Assembly (NCBI GenBank): GCA_012295275.1
Contig: CM022665.1
Span: 11,594,001 to 11,658,000 of the forward strand
From: Chrysomallon squamiferum
Lineage: Eukaryota > Animalia > Mollusca
Length of the DNA stretch: 64,000 bases
Direction of reading: 5' to 3'
Part shown: positions 1-12,700 of the stretch, piece by piece
How the letters are laid out: each line of letters begins with the position of its first letter
Position numbering within the stretch: position 1 is the stretch's first letter
The notes under the pieces: generated by a model
Seen by the model: only the letters and a program-made list of their open reading frames with translations
What the model was told of the DNA's origin: nothing
Database searches by the model: none
Made by a program: the position numbers and the translations under genes

Positions 1-669
1 TTTAGTATGAATATTTAATTATAATTATAATTAAGATTTCTGAGTGTGTTGGATAGGTGCTGCATTTATAATTATAAATATTAATAAAATATTCACTGAA
101 AATTGCAACAAGTGGTGGCATTATGATTGCAAACAGATGCATGCATATTCCAGTTTAGCTGTGTTGTAACTTTCCAGTGTAAACTGTTTAATGGTAATTA
201 TACTTATTTACTAAATCAGTTTCTACAGGAAATACTGAGTGATGTCTTATGTACTAGCTATACTGGTATAATGAAATAAAAGGGTAGTACAACTGTATGC
301 ACAAAATAATAACAGTGAACTATGAATTTCTGGCCATTGTTAGTGCATTTATTATCAGTTTCATACAGTTACAAAACAGAAACTGGGTAACTTAAATTGT
401 TCACATTTACATTTTAAAGTTATTTTGGGGTTAATTTTTAAATTATTATTGAAGGCATTGAAATGAATATGTTAAGTGAAATCCTGAATTGTTTTAGTAA
501 TGAGATACTTGAAAATAAAAATATTAATATAATCCAGGTTTCTAGTAAAAATAAATGTTTGTTTAAAAAACAGAATTACTATATATATATTTTTTTAATT
601 TTACAAAAGTCCAGGATAATTTTTAATTATTTACAAAAAAACAACAGAAGAACTTTATATTTTTTTTTA

Positions 670-870
670 ATTAAGACAATTACTATATATATTCTAATTA
701 GCACAATTAGCATATCTTTTTTTTTTTAATTAAAACAATTAGTGTATCATTTTTTATTATTATTGTTTTTAAATTAAAACAATTAGTATATCATTTATTT
801 ATTTATTTTAAAAACAATTACTGTATCATTTTTTATTACTTATTTTTTTGTTTAACGCAGTTACTGCATC
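670..870. repeat. Degenerate tandem repeat (aaaacaattaNtgtatcatttt), about 5-6 copies
   Basis: Motif recurs at ~674, 734, 776, 811 and 856. Confidence 0.6.
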
Positions 871-887
871 AAATTAATGCTTTGTAG

Positions 888-1064
888 GTTCGAGAGGATG
901 AGATGGATGAACTGGAGGATTTGGTACATGATGCCTGTGAGATGAATGTTCCTGGTGGCAAGGAGAACACTCATGGCAAAGTGAACATTCTGTTACAGGC
1001 ATATGTCTCTAGACATCCCATAGACAGCTTCTCCCTAGTTTCAGATATGTCATACGTAGCTCAG
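888..1064 (+). CDS. ASCC3: ASCC3 exon (Sec63 region): [59 protein letters not shown]
   Basis: tgtag|GTT ... CAG|gtttga; 177 nt, phase 0-0; K.NILLQ.Y.SR Sec63 motif. Confidence 0.95.
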
Positions 1065-2577
1065 GTTTGAGAATGTTCAAAATACATTTTTTTCTGTAGC
1101 AGTAGTATTTTAAGTTAGGCATTTATTTTAAAAACTATCAAAGAAAAAAAGAATATTTTTAAAACTAATATTTTAAGTTATTTTTCTAAGTTATGCATAT
1201 GTTTTCAAAACTTTAAATTTTAATTTTTACAAAATGTGTTGTAAATAACACAAAAATTTAACTTCTTTACCAAGTTATACAGATATTTTCTAAACTATCA
1301 AAAAAAAAAAAAAAAAAAAAAAAAATGGAAATAGAAATTAATTTATTTTCAACAGTAGATTTATTTTGTGTTCTTTTTTTTAAGTTATGCATATATTTCA
1401 TATATTTGAGAAACTTTAATTCATGAAGGAACATTTTGTTCAACCACTTTCTTATCAGTGGCCATGTTATGTGCCTACCTATCTGTGAGAATATGTATGT
1501 AAAACATTCATTGCCACTCAAAGGCCTAAAATAGCTGTTTTTAATTTTTAATTTTATATAATATAATTTTGTCTCTTAATGCATATCAACTTAAATTATA
1601 ATAGATAAATGTTGTAAAATTATTTAATTATTTAAATTTTGAGTTGTGGCAGTTTAATAATGAAATATTGCTTTTTAATTATTTTTCTTGGTTCTGTATT
1701 CTTTTACCTATTTTTTATTATTATTATTTTTTTTACAGTTAACTTTCAGTTCTCATTATTTCTCCTATTGTCTTTTTATACAAGTTTTTATTAAATCTTA
1801 CTGTTCTGTTTTTTTTTTTTCATTTATTATTGTTACATTTTTATTTATTCCTTTATTTTATTATTATTTTTTTAATTATTTTATTTTTATTTCCTCTTAC
1901 GTTTTATTGTTTTAGTTTGTCCCTGATTTCTTTTAATTTGATTTATTGATTTAAATAAATATTTATTTAGTTAATTTCTTACTTTCTTTCTTTTTATTAT
2001 TATTATTATTTTTACTTTTGTTTGTTTATTTTCTTTTTCTTTTTTTTACTTAAATAAAATAAATAAACAAAATAAATTATTTAATTTTAGAATGCTACAC
2101 GTATCATGAGAGCCCTGTTTGAAATTGCTCTGAAAAGAGGCTGGCCAATAATGGCAGGACGTCTGCTACAGCTCAGCAAGGTGGTTGACAAACGACTGTG
2201 GGGATTCCAGCATCCACTTCGTCAGTTCATGGTTCTTTCACATGAGATACTGGAAAAGTTAGAAAGGTCAAGGTTAACTGTAGATCACCTGAAGGAGATG
2301 ACTGCTCATGAAATAGGTTTGTCATTTATATTTATTTTTCGCCATTTCAGACAGTGACCTTGAACTGGTTTGTTTTATCAAAGGCTGTGGTATATGAATT
2401 TCCATTTGTGGAATAATATATATAAAAGATTCCTTGCTGCTGACTGAAAAAGTGTAGATCTTTGTGTGACAGCAGAGGGTTTCTTTTCTCATTATTTCTG
2501 TGATCCTTAACCCTAAGTTTTAAGTCATGTTATTAAAAATGTGTTCAATAAATAGAGCTGATTTTTATTTATTTTCA

Positions 2578-2610
<33 letters not shown>

Positions 2611-3668
2611 AACAAATTTAATTTTTAATTTTTTTTATATGCAGTAATCAATTGTGGGATGAAAAATAACTTTATATTTATGCATTATTTAAATTTTCAG
2701 GTTACATGATTCGCCATGTGAAGATGGGTGGAGTTGTTAAGATGTGTGTCAGTCATTTGCCCAGCTTGGAGCTGGAAGCAAACATTCAACCAATCACACG
2801 CACTGTACTCAGAGTGAGGCTGACCATTACACCAGACTTCAAATGGGATGATAAGGTCTAGAGTTAAAGTATTTTTAACAAATTCAGTTAAAAATATCAT
2901 ATTGTTTTATTTACATCTTTTTTCCCTTAGTATATATTTTATATTCATTTCAGTTTAGAATTTTTCTGATTTAAATTTGGATGAAAATATAAATTGAATT
3001 AGATGTATTTTAGATTGCCATATACTTTGAAAGAGGTACACATTAAGTATAAAGTTATTCTTTATTAGACATTTTATCTAAAATTAATAGGAAAGATACT
3101 TTTCTTTAAATGTTTTCTCCTAAAATCAGTTAATAAAAAAAAATTAGAATCAGCAAATACTGTAAATCATTTAGATAAAGGAAACTGAATTTCTTCTCTA
3201 TTTAGATTCATGGAAGTACAGCAGAACCATTCTGGATTTGGGTGGAAGACCCAGACAACAATCACATTTACCATTCAGAATACTTCATGCTTCACAAGAA
3301 ACAGGTAAAACATATTGAAATTGTTTGTAAGACATGAAACAGATATAATTTAGTTAAAAACATAATAAATATTCTTTAGAAATGGATAAAACATTCTTTC
3401 ACAAATATGTGGCAGTTGGAAAGAGATAAATTATAATTCAAAACTTTACATGTCTACAAAGAGCTGATATTTGTTGGTAAATGCATACTTTAGTTTAGAG
3501 TTGGATAAAATATACTGTAAGTACATCTTTGTCATTTAGTGATACTGACATGACTTGATTAAATTGTACGTGTGTATCTTGTTTATAGTCTCCAAATTGC
3601 TTTTTCTTGTAGTGTTTATTTTTATTTGTTGTGTGTGTGTGTGTATTGTGTATGTGTGAGTGTCTGTG

Positions 3669-3750
<82 letters not shown>

Positions 3751-6700
3751 GTAAATTTTGATGTGGACATGTAAGTGTTTCTATGTGCTGGAATTTTCAT
3801 GGATATTTTCATTTCTTTCCTTTTTCAGGTTGTTAATGCAGAACCACAAAATCTTGTTTTCACTATTCCAATATTTGAGCCTCTGCCTACTCAGTATTAT
3901 GTGAGAGCCATATCAGACAGGTGGCTTGGGTCAGAAGCTGTTTGTCCAATTTCATTTCAACATCTGATTCTGCCTGAAAGACATCCACCTCACACAGGTG
4001 AATATAAACCAGTGTTGATTACTATTTTTGTTTCAAGATTTGATCACTGGGTAATAATATTAATAAAAAAAATATTAAATTTTTAGCATATTAGAAAAGC
4101 TTTAAATTTTTTTCTTTTTTATTATTATATATTTTTTTTGATTTTTACCATTTTTGTTTGAAGATTTGCACACTGGGTAATATTATTAATAATATTTTTA
4201 ATTTTTAGCATACTAGAAAAGCTATAAAAAAAATTCTTTTTTATTATTATATTTTTTTAAAAGAAAGAGGATGAGAAAAGTTGATTTATTAGTTCTTCAC
4301 AGAATGCTTTTTGTTTTTCTTCCACTTCCAAACACAACATTGAAGGTTGTATTGAATTTGTACTCATCTGGGGAAGGTATGTACAATAGATCCTTTTCTG
4401 TTAATAAACTAGAATTACCCTGCATTATATGTTTTTTATGCTATCTTTATAAAAATCCTATATATTTGATAACATAAAGGAAACTATATTGTGTTTTAAA
4501 GAAATTTTTATACTTTTTTTACCCTTTTTTTTTTCTTTGTTAAGAACTGCTTGATTTGCAACCACTACCAATAACTGCACTGAATGATCCAAAGCTCGAG
4601 GTTCTGTACAAATTCACACATTTCAACCCAGTACAGACTCAGTTCTTTCACACATTTTATCATACTGATGCCAATGTTCTGCTTGGAGCACCTACAGGAT
4701 CGGGAAAAACAGTTGGTGCTGAACTGGCCATCTTCAGGGTATTCCGAGAATATCCTAAATATAAGGTATGTAATTTTGTTACTTAAATTGTTGGATCATT
4801 TAACTTTGTTTTTATTTCTTTTTCTTGTTTTAAAAGCTAAACAAAACAACAGTAATATCAAAGCAGCAACATCATGAAGTCTGGATAAAGCAGCATAAAT
4901 ACAAAGTGAATGTTCATGTTTGTATGTTGATATTCATGAATGAATATTGATGAGAAATATTATAGATGATATATAAATCTTTGTAATTTTTGCAAATGTA
5001 CCAGCTACATAATCCATTTTCAGCTAATATATAAAAGTCAGTGTTATATGCTTACCTAGTGGAGAATATTTAAAAAAACAGATAACACTGTTTGATAAGT
5101 GCTTGTCTTTCACATTGTTACATCTGACACCTAGTAACTGACAGTAATATTTAAAAAATATTTTCTAGATCCATCAAATAAAGCTTCATTTATTCTTTCC
5201 AGTTTCATCAGATTAGTTTATTAAAATGGCTTATTAAATCTTTAATATATTTTTGTGATATTTGAAATAATTATAATTTTTATTTATTTTTTATTATTGT
5301 TTTTTAAAATGTATTTGCTATTCAGGCTGTGTATATTGCTCCGCTGAAGGCTTTAGTCAGAGAAAGAATGGAAGACTGGAAAGTGAGAATAGAACAGAAA
5401 TTGGGGAAAAAGTAAGTAAAAATTCTTTATGAATTTTATTAAAAATCAGATTAAAAAGCAATTTTATTTCTTTGCATTTTTTTTTTTTTTTTTTTTTTTT
5501 TAAATATATTTCGGCCTTGCTGACATATTTGTACTCACTGAGTCTTCAAGCCACAGTCACTCACCCTCGTTCATTATCAATCACATACACATTCGCTTAT
5601 TCACTCAATCATTCATTAATTCACTCACATTACTTAATCATCCGAACTCTGACTCTGCATATTTCCAAATTATTTCCTATCTATTTGTTTGTATTAAATT
5701 TTTTTTCTTTGAAATTTCATTGAACTATACCACAACTTATTAAATACAAAACAACTTATCCTGATATCGGTTTTTTTTCCTTCTGTATACTCTAAAGAAA
5801 GTGGTCACCATTGTTTTAAGTTATAATTACTTTTTATTTTTATTATGTTATCAGAGTTGTTGAGCTGACAGGTGACGTGACACCTGACTTCAGGGCTATT
5901 GGAGAAGCTGATCTGATAGTGACAACACCAGAGAAGTGGGATGGTGTCAGTCGAAGTTGGCAGACGCGAAGTTATGTCAAGGCTGTAGCACTCATTGTTA
6001 TTGATGAAATACACCTTTTAGGTAGATAACATTAGTAATATCTGTATGATATAATTATGTATATATTTAAAATATATCTAAAAAAATTCATAATGAAAAT
6101 ATTATTTTTAGAAATTCTAATGTATTAAATCAGTCCATTAACATTATGCAAATGAGTTATCTTAAATTCTTTATTAAATATTAAATAATACACTTTTCAA
6201 AGGAAAATTTCTGCAAGATTTCATACAGAAAATGTACACAAAAAATTATTTTACTGCTATTTTAAAAACTTGTTATCTTAAATATATATAAATGTGTTTT
6301 TTTATAATTAAGAAAGTAGAACAGATCATTGCTAATTTTTAATTTCTTTTACCACAAAATACATTCTTCTGCTGACAGGTACGCAGTTCAGAATGAGGTT
6401 CTTGTAAAATGGATTGTAACAAAAACATTAATAATTATGGTATCTTATCAGAGAATAAACAACCTCTAGGTATTGTATATAGAAAATGTCAAAGATGTTA
6501 AGTTACAGCTGTGACTTTTTGTTATGGTAACATTCATGCACTCAAACAATCAGAAATGTATACACATTAATTGCTTAGAAATAACAAACACAAAAAGAAG
6601 GATAATAAATGGAGTAAATTAAAAAAAGAATAAAAATTGTAAATCGTTTGCATTCAAAGGAAATTTAAAAATTTAAGTTCATTTATAAAAGTAAACTGGC

Positions 6701-9700
6701 TGCTCTTTATTGGCATTTTGTATCTGACATTTGAAATTCGTATTTGAAAAATAGCTTTTTAAAATACACTTTAGTCAATTTGTCAAAAGAAGTATTGATT
6801 TTCAAATATGTCTGGTGTGTTTTTTCATTTGTCAAAATTTGATTTCAGATGTTATTTATTTTTAGGTAAAGAATCTGACTCCACACAGTCTTGCTCTTTA
6901 TCATTAAAAATTGACTTGGTGACATAAAATATCACATATATCAAAGAACTTAAGAAACTATATATTCTTACATTGTTATTTATGCTATTTAATTCTGTAA
7001 AAGAAATTCTTCTTTACATATTCCTAGCTATACATTGTCAGTTTGTACCATGAAAACAACAAATAACAAAACAACATATAAGGACAAATTATTGAAAATA
7101 ACACACATTTTCACCACTTAGCTTACAAAAGCAAACGATAATAAATGTATTGCAAATAACTTTACTGTACAATATAAACAACACAAATAAATATGCAGTA
7201 AAAGAAAACCCTAAAACGATTTCACATGCTGTTCACACTCTGCTTTTCATCTGTCCAAAATTACATAATTTCAAAACAAAGTAAACTGAAATGTTGTCAG
7301 TTGCTGGTTGTCATTGTATGCATGAAATAATGTTCATAAGGAAAATGTATAGCAAGGACCTTCTGTAGCTATGGAGGCTATTTTTGTGTTTTACCAGAAC
7401 AATATATTTATTACTAATGGCAGCCTTTGTAATAAAGTGTAACAATTAAAATACATATGAAAAAACAAAACAAAATAAAATAAAATAAAATAAAATACAA
7501 AATCATAATAATAATAATAATAATAATAAGAAGAATAATTACAGAATATTATCATATCATTAGTATGCAAAAGGCAGTCACTTTTTTGTGCTGTATTTTA
7601 ATGTATTTGTTATTATAAAAAAAAAACACCCAAATAACCTCAATAACTGTTGAAAATAATTATAATCATAAAATGAATGGACTGATGGTTCAGTGGATGG
7701 GTTATAGTTACAGTAAACCAGAAATTCTAAAGTGATTAATGCTGGTTATAAGGAAGTACAAATCAGGATTGCTTTTGGTGGTAAATGCAAGTGTTTAGAT
7801 AAAATATTTCTTTCATTGTTTGTCAATTCTTATTTTCATAGGTAATGACAGAGGACCTGTGTTGGAGGTCGTGGTATCTCGGACAAACTTCATCTCATCT
7901 CACACCGAAAAACCTGTACGTGTTGTTGGACTCTCGACAGCTCTAGCCAATGCCAGAGACTTGGCTGATTGGCTGGGTATTAAACAGGTAAAATAAATTT
8001 CATATAAAACCTATTAACCTCTTCATTACCAAGAAAGATAAATAGCCATATAGCAGTTAAAAGTTTGAACTGTGGTAAAAGTAGACAATGCCTAGTAGTC
8101 ATACTGGACTGATGAAATCATGATAAGACACATCAGAGATTGTTATGACTTGGTGTGGTCATTACAGGTATGGATAAAACAAAATCATAAATGCTACAGA
8201 AGTCATTTAAGGTACTCAAGAAGTCAACAGATGTGCCATTGCTGGTCATAGTTCATACTATTTCTTGTGAGATATACAATTTTTAAAATATGAACTGAAA
8301 TTAAAATTTAAGATTTAATTTCATTATCAAAGTATTGCTTATAAAAATACTTGGTTTCAAAAACAATTGTGCTAAATACTTTTTATCTTATTTATCACAT
8401 TTGAGCTTAAGAGAAAAGTGTTATGCTTTATTTCTAAGGTTGGATTGTTCAACTTCCGTCCATCTGTACGTCCAGTACCTCTTGAGGTACACATTGCTGG
8501 TTTTCCTGGCCAGCATTACTGTCCCAGGATGGCCACAATGAATAAACCAGCATTTCAAGGTGAGCTACAGCTTTGAGAAAGCAAAATATCAAAATCAGAT
8601 ATCGTGTAATATTTTATTGTCATACTTTATTATTATCCTTGACTAGTTTCTAGCAACAACAAATAACATAAAAATTTGGAAATGTAACCATTTATTTCTT
8701 TCATCACAGGTACACTTTAAAGGGTTTCTCCGTGCATCTGTGTGTGTTCATGTGTGTGTTTATATATGTACTTAATGTGTGTGTGTATCTGTGTGTGTGT
8801 GTGTTTGTGTAATATCATCAGTAACTCTTGCTTTTCTATTTCAGCAATAAAGACACACTCACCAGATAAGCCAGTTTTGGTATTTGTGTCGTCACGACGA
8901 CAGACAAGATTGACAGCTCTGGATTTGATAGCGTATTTGGCAGCAGAGACAAACCCAAAGCAGTGGCTTCACATGGAGGAATTGGAAGTAAGATGTTATC
9001 AATGTTTTCAGGCAAAAATTCATTTACTGTTTCTGTTGAAAATACTGATGGAATATGCACAGAAATACAGCCTATGGTTATTGTGTATTCTGCAGATTAG
9101 CAATAGTATTTTGAAATGGAGAGTGGCAGAATGTTTTCTTCAGGAGTATAGTAAAATGTTTTCTTAAAGTATAATCTAGTAGTATTTACTTAAGAGTAGT
9201 AGCATATATACCTGATCTAGAGTAGTAGAATACTTGCTTGATGTGTAGTATGTTAGTGTTTACTTGAGATGCTGTTTCCTTGAATTGTTGAGATGTAGAA
9301 TAATAGTTTATACTTGAGGTAGAGATTAGTTGAATATTTACTTGAAGTGTAGAAAATTTGCTTGAATTCTTGAGTATTAATATTTGTTTGAGATACAGTG
9401 TAATAATGTTTACTTGAGATATAGTGTAGCAGTGTGTTTGTGATAAAGGAAGTAGTGTTTAATTTAGGTGCTGAATTGTAAAATGTTCACTTGTAGTGTA
9501 GAATGTAGTAGACGGTTTATGTGAATCATACTTGAGATGTAGTGATTACTTAAGGTGTATAAAAGTAGAATGTTTACTTTAAGTGCAGTGTAGTAGAATG
9601 CTTACTTGACATGTGACTAGAATCAATCAGTCCTCGAGGATTTCTAATTCATTTAATGTTCTAACATTAAGAGATTTTTTGGCACTAACTGATAAATGTT

Positions 9701-12700
9701 GGCTCATGGAGTAATATCACTGGTTTTCTTTTCTTGTTGCATCATTACAATGGCAGCAGCAACAACAATAACAACTAAAATTAAATTAAAAATAAAAACA
9801 AAACCCAATAAAAAAAAAATGAAAAAAGACACATTAAGTTTGACAGCTAATAATTATTGTTTTTAAAACCTGTCATCAGATATTTTGTTTGTTCATTAAT
9901 CTGTCATGATCACATTTTACATACACTATTTGTTTGACATTTGAAAACCATTAACATACAATGTGTTAGGTATCTTTAATAAAATAATTTATTTTTAATA
10001 TATTTATGCAACAAATCAAAATTAATTTTCAGAAATGTACATTATTAATTATATGAAATAATATGTAACAAAATCATTGAAACTTTTTTAAAAGCATTTT
10101 TGAAATTTCCTTTAGAAATAATACTGATATTTTATTGTAAGTATGATAAACATTTTATTGTTTATTCAGATTTATTCAGTAATAACCACAGGAATAAATT
10201 GTTTTCAAATATTAACTTATTTATTTACAGCTGTTCTTTCATGGATGATTTAATGATGTGTAATATAAAGTCACATTAAACTTTTGAAAAATATATATTG
10301 CCCCTCATATTAACATATTTTAATATGCTCTTTAACAAACATCTGAGATTAAAATATGGATTTATATCTATTAATATACACATCTGTTAACCAGTATGAG
10401 TTCACACATGTGTGATAGTCTGTGACATTCTAATCTATGTGTGTGTATGTATGTGTAGGCTTTGAATTTAAAACATTTATTAGGGCATGGCAAGATGATG
10501 CCTTGTGTTAGGGATTAGCAGACATTTTAGACCACTGACCATTGACCTCCTTGATCTCTGACTGACTCGCAAACAAGTAAAATAAATAAATATTATCAAT
10601 AATAAATTTCTCTGTTTAAAGGAACATAAAGTTAGATAATTTAAAAAAATATTAAAAAAGAATAGATCATAAGTTTCTTAATCAACCCTGGTGTTTATTG
10701 ACCCTCAGACATTTTCTAACTCTAGATAATCACACTGACCCCTAAGGGTTGATGTTGACCATCTACCAGCCCATACCTTGGGTTTAATCAGAACTGTAAG
10801 GTGGAGGAGGCATAAGACAGCTTAATTTTTTATGTTTTCTCAGAGGTAATTGAGGTTGCTGCAGCTTGTAGCTATATTATGGCTATGGAGAAAGAAAAAA
10901 AACTGTGTTAAATAAAATTTAAAAAAAAGAAAAAAAGAACAAACCGAAAAAACAAACTTGCCTGCTTTGCACATTTGGCATTTGCTGACATAAGCTCCTT
11001 GTCTTTGGGTTTTTAAATATTTTGTGGTTACAAAGCTAAGCTCATGCTCTTTGCATTTTTTAATTCTCTCTTGCCATGCATTTGGATTTTTTAAAGTTAA
11101 GAAAATAGAGATGTTACTAAACATTATAGTATCATTGTTCCATGAAGTATCACATGATTATGCAAAAATGGCCACAACAGTGATACTGCCTTATAGAGTT
11201 GAGAACTGTTCTTTTGATGGAAGCCGTAATACAAAACATTTTTTTTTTTAAATGCAAAGAAATGTGTGTTTTTATAGTCTTTATTCAACATAGTCCATAA
11301 ATCAGTTGTAAGGAGATGGAAGCAAACTAGGTAGGGCAACCATAATGTTTCATTGTTGTGGCGGTCATCCAAATTTTTAAGCACTAAGGCATATATGTGT
11401 GCATGTATGCATGGGTGAGAGAACCCTCTTTACAAAATTAAGTACATTGTAATAACAGTGAGTTTGTGTCTTATTTCCCATTATTTCACACAAGATTTTT
11501 ACTTTGTTAGCATTTTTACTTTTTTTTTTTTAATGTTTTGTGTGTTGACTGTTGTCAAAAAACAATTCTCAGCTGTATGAGGTGGCATCACTGTCATTGC
11601 AATTTTTGCAAATTCATGTGATACTTCATGGAACGGAACAATGACAGTATCTTGCTATCATGCTTATTAATATCTCTATTGTCTTAACTTTTAAACATCA
11701 AATGCATGGCAAGAGAGCTTAAAAAATGTAAAGAGCTTTGTAGTCAAACAAATTTATTCTAGATAAAAGTGATTGGAATAAAAGTAGTTTTGATTAGTTA
11801 TTGGCCATAATATAGCTACAAGCTGCAGCAGCATTAGTGAAAACATGATAAAAATTAAGTTGCCTTGGTTCCTCTGCTTTGAAGGAAATTCTTGCCTTGC
11901 TGCCCTAACATTTCCAATTGAACATAAGGCAGCATTTGCCTTGCCATAAAAAAAAAAGAAGTAAATTTTGAAGCCTATGTATAAATTGGATTTTGTATGT
12001 AAACAGACACACACACATACACATTAACACAAAGATACAAAACTCAAAATGAATAGGTTTTTTTCCTTATAATATGACATGTTTAAATCATATAAATAAT
12101 TCCTGAAGTAAATATAATATTTAAGACAACTCTCTTTTATAATTATGTAATGTAGCAGAGTACAAAACAAGTGAAATAAAATTTCACAGCAGTTTTTTTC
12201 TATATCATTTCCAAGGAAGTTTGCCACTCTGTTCAAGATGATCATAATTTTGAAAAATCATTTGTTCATTTTTTTGTAATCTCATAATAATTTATTATTA
12301 CAAAATAAATAGATAAATAAATAAAAATAAACATAAAATATATTAATATCTGAATAATAAAACAAATTAATGTTTTATCATGTCATTATCAAAAGTATTT
12401 ATTAAACACTGTTTGGTTATGAATACAACTTATTCAATATATTTAGCACATATGTACCATATTCATATCTTTCTTAATGTTCAAAATAATTTTTATGTCC
12501 TCTAACAATTATAATAATAAGTATAAAGTAAAATTTTCAATTAAAATGCAAACTGACATGTATGTGGAACTTAAAAGTAACAAAAGATCTTGAAAATGAA
12601 ACAGAATGGTAAAATAATAAAATATAATTTTCTGTTAATATATAAATTAGCATTTGTATTTAATTTCAAAGCAATAAATATCCCAGAAATAAAATGAAAA

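Noticed and set aside
3495-3812. ORFs with HTHTHT/CVCVCV runs (also 18492-18689, 38812-39082, 45734-45979, 58663-59097)
   Set aside because: They are translations of CA/TG microsatellites.
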